Part shown: positions 23,366-35,046 of the stretch, one piece after another | How the letters are laid out: the number at the start of each line of letters is the position of its first letter | How positions within the stretch are numbered: position 1 is the first letter of the stretch | Translations under genes and position numbers: made by a program | The notes under the pieces: model-generated | What the model saw: the letters and a program-made list of their open reading frames with translations, nothing else | What the model was told of the DNA's origin: nothing | Database searches by the model: none | Assembly (NCBI RefSeq): GCF_009914755.1 | Contig: NC_060925.1 | DNA from: the human T2T-CHM13v2.0 reference genome, Homo sapiens | Length of the DNA stretch: 64,000 nucleotides | Reading direction: 5' to 3' (one strand)

Positions 23366-26177
23366 ATCAAGTGTCCCTGAAGACTGCATTTCACAGCAGC
23401 TGTCTCCAGCCTGGAAATGTCTTGGGGCACATATGGTGTGGCATGGAGGAAAAGCAGTGGACTCGGAACATAAGAAGCACCTTTGAGGCCCAGCTTTGCT
23501 GCTAAGTGGTGGTGACTTTGGACAAGCCACACACCCTCTCTGAGCCTCAGTCCCCTCATCCTTACAATGGGATGATAACAGAATGACCACAATTCTCAAA
23601 GAATAGATGGGCAGATCCCAGGAGATAAAGGACCGGAAACTACTTGGTAGACTGTAAAGATCCAGTTATATTTGAAACATTATCATGGCCCTGTGTGCAA
23701 AAAGTTGAAAGTAAAGGCAAAATCATCGAAACCAGCAAGGAACCCTCAAAATCCTGACTGTTTTTGGAAGTCAGCATATGATTTTCCTTTGCAGCAGTAA
23801 AAACAAAACTATTTTCCATGGACTACAAACTTACCTTCCCAATTTCAGTGGTCTCCAGTATTCAAAGCCTCCTAGAAGGCCCCCAAGTTCTGTCTCAACT
23901 ATCACATTGCCCACCCTCCCCAACCCCTGGCCCCTGTTACCTCCTGCCTGAGTTCTGGAGCTGAGAGCGGTGAGGCAGGCATCTTTGGCCTAAGCTGGGG
24001 GTCAGAGTCACCAGGAGAACACTGAGCTGATGAGCTAACCTCTCTTACCAATCCAATCCCAGTGATCCCTGCTTGACTGATCAGCTTCTAAGACAGTGGA
24101 GTGGAATGGGGGAGAGAACCGTGCATGATAGAAGTCACCCAGGGTCTTTCTTGGGCAAAAGGGACTCTCAGAGCAGGCCAGTCAAGGACTAGGAATGGCC
24201 AACACAAAGCGTCATCACAAGGCCCATTTGGAAAGCAGGAGGGGGCTCTTCCCAGCTCTCCCAGGCTCTGCCCAGGTTGCTGTGCCCCCTACTCTGCTCC
24301 CTTGGCAGCTGCGGTGAACCGTGAAGTGCTGAGTCTGGAGATGGCTAGGATGTCAGAATGTCATGGAACCCCCCAATTCCTTGACGGCTCTTTGTCAAAA
24401 TGGATCCAGGCCCAGCCCCAACCCCAGCAGGGCCTAAAGTCAAGGCCTGGGGGACAGCCTCTAGTAGGGTGATATGACCTGGAAAGAGTGGAGGGGAGCG
24501 GGAACAGAAAGGTGCCGAGAGAGGCATCTGGTCCCAGGAATGTCAGAACAGAATACCTAAGTGGAATGTGGATCGACTGCATAGACATTTGTTGAGCCAT
24601 TCTCATATTCAGAGCACTGTGGCAGGCCTGCTGCTGAAGCCAAGAGCCCACAGTGCACCTAATCACTTAGCATGATGCACTAAATGGCAAAGGAGGCACA
24701 ATTCCCTCTAAGAGCTCAAGGAAGGAGGTGTCACCCCCAGCTGGGGACATCTGGGAGGGTTGTTGGGGAGATGAGAGCATTTGATTTGGGCTTCAAAGGG
24801 CAGAGCCGTGATGGGATTCAAAGGGGCAGCGATGAAGTCGCAGCTGTGTCTGGCAGAGAGAGCCGCAAGTGACCCGTGGCTCCTGACTCAAGCCTGGTCA
24901 GAGGGAGACTCCGACCCTTTGGGAGCAGCCTGAAGCCCAGGGCCTTACTGAACACAGATGGGGCAGGTGCCCGGTCCTTTGCTTGTTATTGGCGATCCTA
25001 ATAAGAAGGCACCTGGCAGAGGCTTTCCGCAGGAGGCCCCGGCCATAGAAATGGGGTAATGCAGACGGGAGGCTCTGCCACTCAGCAGGTTCCTGGCCTG
25101 GCCTGAGGTGCTGGAGCATCTTGGCTCACCATTGGTCGCCGTCCGTGGCCTGGCAGGCTGCCTGCCCAGCAGCTCACAGCAGAAACCCCGGCTAGGGTGC
25201 CAGCTGCCCTGGGTGTGGCTGCCCTGTCTGCAGGCAAGGGTGGGTGACTCACGAAATTATCATTGAGGCTATACAGGGCTGGGGTTGGGGCTGGGCCCGT
25301 GACTGTGAGACGGAAAGAAAGAGTGAGCACAGGGGCCTACTCGGCGCTCTGCCACACACCCCATGCTGATGCCAGCTCTGCGGCTCCCACGGCCTTTCCC
25401 TGTGCTGCTGCTCCACCTCCCAAATACCGGCGATGCCTCCAGCACAGGGCAGCGGGAGCAGCACTTACAGGAACCGCCTCTGGGATGCCTCTCTGGCCTT
25501 GACTTCCCTTTTAAGGCTCAAACTTGTCACCAAGCCCCCTCCCCCATCCACCTGCCAAGGAAGGAGGAGGGAACCCCGGTCCCCGTGTGGGGGAAGTAGG
25601 ACCCAGACACCCAGGACTTTGCAAGACCACATCACCATGCCGCTCTCTACTCAGCTGCCTCTTCTGACAAATGCAGGGGCTCCAAGGGATGGGCTCTGAG
25701 GCCCCTTCCACCTCTGCCGTTCTGAAGTCTCCAAGCGTAGTAATGGCAGAGCCACAGTTGCAGACAAAAATGCTGGATGGGGAGTGAATGAGAGGCAGGG
25801 GCTATAGGAGAGAGGCTGTGAGTGGGACCCAGAGTGGGGTATGGCCCTGCTCCCAGGGGAAGGAGGAATGCTTGAAGACCCTGAGACTAGGAAGGAAGGG
25901 CATGAGCTGGGAATTTGGCCCTGGAAAATATGTCAAAAGGGGAGAGTGTGGGAGAGAGGGCAGTTCGATAGGAGGCTAGGCGGTGCTGCCAGAGGAAGGA
26001 AGAAGTCCTGCATCTTTATTAGGCACCTACAGTATATCAAACACTGTGTTGGGCATTTTATGTATAATACCCATTTATGGTCATAAGGCTCCTGTGAGAT
26101 GGTTGTTACTAATCTAATGTTACAGTTGAGGAAAATGAGATACAGACAGGCTAGAGCATTTCAGATCACCCAGCTAG

Positions 26178-26543
<366 letters not shown>

Positions 26544-28100
26544 GAAGCCCCTGTTCTTATTTTCCCAGTCTGTCCCATTGGGCACACTTTGGAGTCTATG
26601 TGAAATGGCTTTTGGTCCCAGAGAGAGCTGGGGGCTGAGCAGGATCCTGAGGCTGTGGCCAAGGCCTGGGGCCCTCGTCCTTCCAGGGGGCCACAGAACA
26701 GCACTGCTGGCCAAGGGGAGAGGGTGGATAGAGAGGCAGGCCCCCGGCAGGCCAGTGTTGGGAGACAGAACTAGAATTTGGGTTGGCAGAGGGGCGGGAC
26801 CCAGAGCAAATCTAGTGCTGACAGCAGCCAGTCGGCACTGGGCTGGGTCTTTGCTGTTATTCATCACCTCCACCCCACCCACTCCACCCAGAGAGACCAG
26901 AAAGGCAGCTCTGAGAGCGTTCTGGTGTGTGGAGGAGCCCTAGGTGCACACCTTGGCCTTGCCCCTTAGCTGGCCTAGCCCAGCACGCCTTAGACTCATC
27001 CAAACCCTCCTTTCTGGGCCTCTGTAACCAGCCTCTTTGCTGTCTCTCTCCTCCCACTGCCAGCATGTACCCCTCAGCTCCTTCCAGAGCAGAGCTGGGT
27101 TAGTGTGAATGGGCACAGGCCAGCCTTTTCACCCCCGCCTTCATGGATAGGAGACTCATGGTCACATGCCCTGATTCTCTCACTGGGGTGCTTGCCAAAG
27201 GGCTGGGAGAGAGGCCCCTACTGTTCCCGCCCCTGCCCCAGTAGCCCCCATTTCCCTGTCCATGGCTGGGAGCCTCTCTGTGCACTGTCTGTACCTTCCA
27301 AGTGTAATGGCTTGCAGTCTGGTACCTGCAGTGGCATATATCACACCAGGAGTCAGGCTGGGAGTCTGGTGCAATCTTGCCCTGGTACCCTGAGGGCGGT
27401 GAGGGTCTAGGATTCTGGAAGGAGTCATCACAGGGTTTCTATGAGGCATTGTTTGTCCAGATCCTTGTGAAGATGACTTCCTGGATTGATTTTTCCTGAG
27501 ATGCCTAGGACAGGGCAGGGGATTGAATGACTTCTTACTTCCTGATGTAAATTTCCCTTGGGAAGTGAGAAGGGCAGGTTTTCTGTGCTCTCGTGGAAGC
27601 CCGGTGGGATTGTTCCTGAGGGCATCCCTACTGGCAGGAGGTGAGGACAGCGGTCTTAATGGAAACTGGCTTTGAGAAAGGCAAAAGCTTGGCCAGGATG
27701 CCCTGAGCCCAAATCACTCCAGAGACCTGGGAAAGTTCTGGGACATGGCCTTGCTCCAGAGCAAGATGGTGGCTTTAGTTTAACAAAAACATGTATTGAG
27801 CACGTGATGTGTACCAGTGTGAACAGTGAGGAAGCAGAAATGAAAAGCACACATCCCCTCCCTCAGTCTGCTCTAGGTCTTATGGACATCTGAGTATGAC
27901 AAAGTGGCCGAGGGCTATAACACAGTTGGCACCAGGCACAAAGGTCCCCAGGAGGGGGTCTTGAATTTGGTTTGGAGATTCCTTCACCAAGATAGATAGG
28001 ATTGACAAGTGGCAAGAAGGCAGGAGGTGGGAGGGGCTTGTCACCCCCTTGTTTAAGACTTATCAGTGCTCTGTCATTACTCTTAGAACAAAATTCAAGA

Positions 28101-28482
<382 letters not shown>

Positions 28483-29599
28483 TTAATGGCCACTAGCAGC
28501 ATGTAGCTATCAAGCCCTTAAAATGAGGCTGGTATATTTAAGGAACTGAATGTTTCCTTTACACAATTTGAACTGATTTAAATAGCGGGCACAGAGATGG
28601 AACATTTTCATAATTCAAGAAAGCTTTACAGGACAGTACTGCCTGCCTGCCCATCTTGTGCCCACCTGCCTGGTCTCCCTGGTCTGTCTGTTCTGAAGAC
28701 ATGCCAGGTTCATGGCTTGTACACTCACCATTTCCTCTGCCCAGAGCCCTTTCCCTCACTCCTGAGATGGGCAGCTGCCTCTCATGCTTCAAGTCTCAGC
28801 CTGTCACAGTCTGGTCACCATGGCTAAAGCTGTCCCTCTCTGCAGCCTCTAAGCCACTCATTGTTTCCTTCATAGCATTTAATATAATTTGCAATCATTT
28901 ACAGATCGACTCTTTGTCTATGTCTTTAGAACATATGCCCCATGAGAGCAAGATCTGGTCTTTTTCATCGTTGTATCCCCAGGGTTGACATGGTGATACC
29001 AGCCCCTTTAGGCACTCGGTACGTATTTAAGTGACTGACTGACAGTGCTCCACACAGAGGGAACAGCAAATATGCAAAGGTAAGGGGCAGGTGGCTGCAT
29101 GGGGTGAGTGCTAGGATGAAAACAAAATAATGCAGGAGAAAAGACAGAGGCGATTTAGAGACTAGGGAGGGGGCAGTGCGAGTTCATCAGGGAAGGTTAT
29201 AAGATTCCTGAGTTGAGCAGCCATTGAGGAGTCTGCTAACTGGCCAAAGGATGTCATCCAGAAAAGCTTTCACAATAGGGAGCTGGCCCCGTGGCCGCTG
29301 TCCAGGAAGTTCAGTTGCAGACGGACTGGGCTGAATAAGATGGGGCCACCCAGCAAGCCCAGGGATCCAGGAAGAAAACCTACCTCTTCCACGCTCCTGC
29401 GGTGTTTGCGTCAGTGAGGGGCTCAGCTAGAGGTGGTCCCCTCACCTGGGGGGCTGGAAACTGAGAAGGGAGAAGATTCAGCCCAGACACTCTTAGAAGC
29501 AGCAGGAGCCCCAGAGACCTCCTCTCAGCCTTCCTTGGGATAGCCCCCACCCACTCCTGGCCCAGCCTTCTCCTTCTCTCCTGTAGAAAATAAGCTCTA

Positions 29600-29870
29600 G
29601 GCCAGGCACAGTGGCTCATGCCTGTAATTCCATCACTCTGGGAGGCCGAGGTGGGTGGATCACTTGAGTTCAAGAGTTTGAGAACAGCCTGACCAACATG
29701 GTGAAAGCCTGTCTCTACTGAAAATACAAAAATCAGCCTGGCATGGTGGTGCGCACCTGTAATCCCAGCTACTCAGGAGGCTGAGGCAGGAGAATTGCTT
29801 GAACCCGGGAGGCAGAGGTTACAGTGAGTCAAGACACACCACTGCACAGAGTGAGAGTGACAGAGTGTAA
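29600..29870 (+). mobile_element. AluS, 3' end truncated or rearranged
   Basis: ggccaggcacagtggctcatgcctgtaat...; ends at actgcacagagtgagagtgacagag with no poly-A. Confidence 0.88.
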
Positions 29871-32800
29871 ATTCTGTAAGAGCAGGAACTTTGTCTTCCT
29901 CACCATTGTATCCTTAGTACCTGGGACAAGGTCTGTCACATAGCAGATGCTCAGTCAATACTTGTTGAGTAAATGAACTCATATTTCACTTTTTAATGAA
30001 CATAGAGATGACAGGATGTGAAGTCTGGGAGCCAGAATGTTGAAAGGGAAATCTGGGTCACACTTAATGCTCTAAGGAGGCAGCAAAGAGAATTAGAAGC
30101 CCGTTCATACTCATTCCTTTGAGGATGAAAATATACTCATCTTATTTCAGAATCAAGTCAAAATTAACTTCTTTCAGGATGCTTCCCCCTGATCACCCCC
30201 AACACCTTCCAAGCCAAAATTAACCCATATCCATTAGAATTTTAACATCTAAATATATGTTCTGACAGTCACCTGAAAGCATGCCATTTCAGAGCCAGGA
30301 TCATGTGACTGTGCCTCCTTGACATCTTTTCTTCACTTTAGGAGTGTTAGCCTCCTTGCTGGTTGATTTCTGAGACAGGCCCCACATAGGGTGGGGCTCA
30401 GGCAGGCAGAAGAGAGAGAGAGATTATGGAAATAGCATTGGCCTGCTGGCTCAAAACCATATACCTGAGCCCCAAACCAATCCTCCCAGCCTGAGTATAT
30501 CTCCCTCACCGTGGCCCAGAATGTGTAACCTGACTTCTCTTTCCTCTCCTCCTCTGTCAGAAGGGCCTGATTCAAGATGTCCTGCCCTACAAATCCCCAC
30601 AATCAACAGAATTATAGAATGTTGGGGCTAGAGTGGAGTTTAGGAGCCACGAAGTTTACCCGCTCTCTTTGTAGATTGGTGCAAGGGACGGAGGAAGGCA
30701 CTTGTCTAACATGAAGCTAGTTAGTGACACAACTAGATCAGGAACCCAGCTGGCCTGACTTTCATGCCCTGTGATGGGAATGGATGCTGTTAAAATACCT
30801 ATCCAGAGAAGGATCTGCTTGTCACAGAGAAATCTCGAGGCGGCAGCCTGGCACTGCCACTGAGTGTCCAGCTCTGGATTGCAGTTGCCTTGTCTGCCTG
30901 TTGCCAGCTGGGTGGCCTCATGGAACTTCAGTTACCTCATCTGAAAAAGAAGGGTGATGGTGCCCACCTCATAGGGTCATTGTAAGGATTTAAATGATGT
31001 GGTTCGTGTACAGGGCTCAGAACAATGCCTGGTTGGTAGGCATGGTGTTTGGAGGAGCATAGTAAATGCTATTGCTATCAATATGTCAAAATAATGTCAA
31101 TATTAACATAGTAGAGAAGTAGCTAGAAAAACTGAACTTCATACCTGGAAACAATTTTAAAGATAATCAGTTCTGCTTCCACGGACTTGCCTTTTATAGG
31201 AAGATGAGCTACTCTAATCCCCTCCTTCAGGGCCCTTCTATATCCTAGAATAGGAAAATTATCGTTATTTAAAGATGTAATTAACATTTATTATGGCTAG
31301 CATATTAGGTTTTAGATAGGCCAAATGTGTGATACAATAGAATTGTATTTTTATATGCTGCTGTGTATACTTTACAGTACATTGGGGCCCTTATATAATC
31401 GGTGTGCACTGTACTTTAATGTCCATTTTATAGGACTTTTATAAGGGAAGCTGGATGATGTGGTGGAATGAGCACTGTGCCAGGAGTCACAAGGCCTGGT
31501 TAGGATGCAGGCTTTGCCACATATTAACTGGGGCATTGCAAGCAAGCTACCTCCTCTCCTAATCAGTGAAATGCAGTGCTTGGCTGGATGAAGTCCAAGG
31601 CTCTGTCCAGTCCTGGCGGTCTATGGCTAGAGGCAGAATCTTACAATATGAAGTGATAATAGAGGTTTACAGGTATTTTGTACACATCTATGACATATTT
31701 TTTATCACATCTCTGGTTTACTTGAGGTTAAGTTCTTAGGAACAGCGCCCTCAATAATAAAACTGTTTCTATTGGAAACTATAATCTGCTTTACAATAAT
31801 CTGCTCTGCAAATTGCTACTAGGAATACCTTCCTTGGGAAAGCTGGGGCTCCCCGCATGTAACACCCACATCTCAGGAGTTGCGTGAGTGACCTTCATGT
31901 ACATGGTCCCTGAGACAGTCATTCAGTCTTCTTGATCCTTCCTCGACATAAAATTCCCAAAAAGAATAGATCTCTGATTGTCCTTTCCTCTGTAGATTAG
32001 AAGAGCAAACTAAAAGTAAAATATGTGAGCTGTGAGCGGCAGCCTCAAATGACAGCAAGAGTGACGGCTGTGATAGTGTCACACACTGGTGGAGGCCCCA
32101 AAACTAAGAAACTGACCGGACAGCACGACTACACAGTTCAGTAATGGATGTCCAGAATGAGAAACCCAGGGCATCAAGAAGTACAGCAAATATGTTCAGT
32201 GTTGTTTGCTTTAGGAGGCAAACAGAATGCGATACCTTTTAGAAAGATTTCCATCAAAGTAAATACTTAAAAAAAAAAAAAACACTCAGCTCCTGTTACA
32301 CACCAAATTCACTGATGTGGGCTCCCTCCACGCCTGGAGAGGATGCTACATGAATAAAGCTTCACTGCACATGTGTCCCCAGGGGTGAGTGTATATAGGG
32401 GAATGCACACAGTGGTCCCAGAATAATAAGTCCAGAGTGAAATTTCAGGGTAAAGCAGCTTTTCAATTTTTCAGTGAGGATCTGGTTAGGATCCGAGTTA
32501 GATTTAATTTACCTTAAATTAACTAGCATTCACGTATTCACCTATTTAAAATATTTTTTATTAAGCGCCTAATATTATGTGTGCCAGGCATTGTTTTAGA
32601 GGTTATAGTGGAGTTTCAGAGAGGATCCGCTGTTCACGTGGTGTTTTACCGGGGTATACTCATGAACAACAAATAACCACCGGTTTTACCAAGGCATACC
32701 CACTGTGTGGTCTGATATCCCAAGTCTGCTCCTTGATGTGGCCTTACTGCCCCTACCCCACTTTCTTCAGAGGAAGCTCCTTTAGAGTAGACTGGGTTAC

Positions 32801-33229
32801 CCCCATAAGATGGAGCACTCCTTTGGAGCAAGAGCTATGGTTCTGCCATCAGCCCGGGAGCCTCCACCGCCGGGGTTGGTCTCTGCTATGACCTCAGTAC
32901 AGAGGGAGATGGACGCCTGGCTCTCCTGGGCAGCCTGGTCAAGAAAGACTCCTTTCTTTCCTAGAGAGAGGTCTCCCTCGGTTCCTGAGCTGAGCACATG
33001 CTTTCTCAGTGAGCCGGCAGAACAGGACAGAGGGGCGTCTCCCTGGGGCCTCAAGGCTTGCGACGTTTCTTGCTCATGGGGAGAGGGAAGGGAGAGAAAA
33101 AAAAGAGCGAGCAGGAAGGCGCCCAGCGTCCCACACAGGGGACTCGCAGCCCTGCCCCCAAGAGCGCTGGCTCCGCAGCAGCAGTGCCCTGCAGCTCCGC
33201 GTCTGAGCAGCAGCAGCGCGCGGCCCGGT

Positions 33230-33300
33230 GGAGTGGGTGGTGCAGGGCAGGGGTGGTATATCCTGTCTGACGGAGGGCGGGCCTCGCCAGTGCCAGAGAG
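33230..33300 (+). promoter_or_regulatory. PKP1: PKP1 core promoter (TATA-like element, GC/GT boxes, Inr-like CCAGT)
   Basis: TATATCC at 33257 lies ~32 nt upstream of CCAGT (33287-33291). GGGTGG and GGGCGGG boxes flank it; ~200 nt upstream of the ATG. TSS is inferred. Confidence 0.6.
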
Positions 33301-33364
33301 GGACGAACCAGGGTGGAAGCGCCAGGAGCAGCTGCAGGGAGCCCTCACGCGGACCTCGCACTCT

Positions 33365-33385
33365 ATGGCCGTAGGGAGCCGCTGA
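33365..33385 (+). other. Upstream ORF (MAVGSR*) in the PKP1 5' UTR
   Basis: ATG GCC GTA GGG AGC CGC TGA; starts 121 nt upstream of, and out of frame with, the main ATG. Confidence 0.65.
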
Positions 33386-33485
33386 GAGCGAGAAGAGCAC
33401 GCTCCTGCCCGCCCGCTGCACCGCACCTCGCCTCGCCTCTCTGCTCTCCTAGGCCCCGGCCGCGCGCCACCCGCCTCCCGCCACC

Positions 33486-33687
33486 ATGAACCACTCGCCG
33501 CTCAAGACCGCCTTGGCGTACGAATGCTTCCAGGACCAGGACAACTCCACGTTGGCTTTGCCGTCGGACCAAAAGATGAAAACAGGCACGTCTGGCAGGC
33601 AGCGCGTGCAGGAGCAGGTGATGATGACCGTCAAGCGGCAGAAGTCCAAGTCTTCCCAGTCGTCCACCCTGAGCCACTCCAATCGAG
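33486..33687 (+). CDS. PKP1: Plakophilin-1 coding exon 1 (c.1-202; MNHSPLKTALAYECFQDQDNSTLALPSDQK...SHSNR)
   Basis: Translation matches the PKP1 N-terminus as I recall it, including the plakophilin HR2 motif (STLALPS...RVQEQV). Kozak GCCACCATG; donor GAG|GTAAAG at 33687/33688, phase 1. Confidence 0.98.
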
Positions 33688-35002
33688 GTAAAGGCTCGGC
33701 CCCCGCGTGGTCCGTGCGCCCCTTTCCAGAGCACCCTGGCCCAGTGGCGGGGACCAAGAGACGCACGCATCCCCGGGGATGAGGGGAGGCGAGGGGCTGC
33801 CGGCCCCAGGCAGGGTCTACGCACCTAGTGCGAGCAGCCGAGCTCCCAGCCGGTTCTGAGCTGGTGTAAACGCGACCCGAGGCTGGCTCGACGGCCCCGC
33901 GAGCTCGATGGCGCGCTAGTGGGCAAGGATGGGTGGTTCACCGGGACACAGCCAGGAGCATGTCCCAGCGTGCCAGGAGGTTGAGGATCCCCCGCGAGCG
34001 GTTCTCCTGTCCCTGAGCCCTGGGTCTGGACGGCTTTCTCTTTCGGATGCTGCTCTAGGGATCTGCCCTGCATCCTGTCTGGCCCCGGCTGTCCTGGGGC
34101 CCATGGTCCCCGCGCTCGCAAACGGTTGTGGGCCACCCTTCACCCTTCCTGGGCTTGATCTCCTGGCCTTCAGCTGGAGGCCGATGCCCAGCGTCCAGGC
34201 CAAGGGGAACCCCAGTCCCTGTGGGGCCGCGCATGAGTATCCGCGAGCGGGGTGAGGGAGTCGCTGAGACAGGAGTGCAGCTCAGGAGAGGCGCTGCGGG
34301 ACGGGAAAGTGGCACAGGGAGCAGGGACGAGGGCCTGGAACTCCAGGGCACTTTATCGAGAGCCTCCTGAAAGAGGCTAGCCTAGTTGGAAGGCCGCCCC
34401 AGGGCCAGTGGGTCCCTTGACGACAGGGAAGGGGGTCAGGGATGCTTTCTTTCCCGAATAGCCAATGCAGAAATCCTCTTTCCCACTGGATTCTTCTTAC
34501 CCCACCCAGCTTAGGTAGAAACAAGTGTCTCATGGGGAGAGTACGGAATGGCAGGTTGGAAATCCCCCCGGGCCCCAGGGAGACCTCCAGCTGAACCCTC
34601 ACGGGCACTTTTCCAAGCTGGATCCCGGGCCTGGCACCCCCTCCTCCAGCCTCTGAGAGGCCAGATCCCATGACTGGGGGAACCTGGGAGAAAGGGGCAG
34701 CACCCAGGAAACTCAAGGAGGAAGGGGCAGTACCTGACAGGGGAGAGCTTATAGACCAAGTAAACACTTTAATACAAAGGATGCCTGGTAAGAATTACAC
34801 ACAAGTGAGCAAAGATTCCACTTGTTTATTTATTTACTTATTTTATTTAGCTAAGTTTAGTAAAATGCTAATAAGACTTTACCCATTACCAAACAGTACA
34901 GGTCAACCAAGACGTATGTATTAAGACAGGCCTTAGGAGAGAGTGAGGGGCAGGGGGTAATAAGGTGGAAGGAGACAAAAGAAACCGACCCTGGCCCTTC
35001 CA

Positions 35003-35003
<1 letters not shown>

Positions 35004-35044
<41 letters not shown>
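35004..35044. repeat. (CA)~20 microsatellite, PKP1 intron 1
   Basis: Pure CA run. Confidence 0.97.

Positions 35045-35046
<2 letters not shown>

Larger units (their letters stand above)
33050..34350. promoter_or_regulatory. CpG island over the PKP1 promoter, exon 1 and start of intron 1
   Basis: High GC and dense CpG (CGCGCG, GGCCGCGCGCC) compared with CpG-depleted flanks; boundaries by eye. Confidence 0.85.

Noticed and set aside
33074-33824. Minus-strand ORFs over the PKP1 promoter and exon 1
   Set aside because: Antisense shadows of GC-rich CpG-island and coding sequence.
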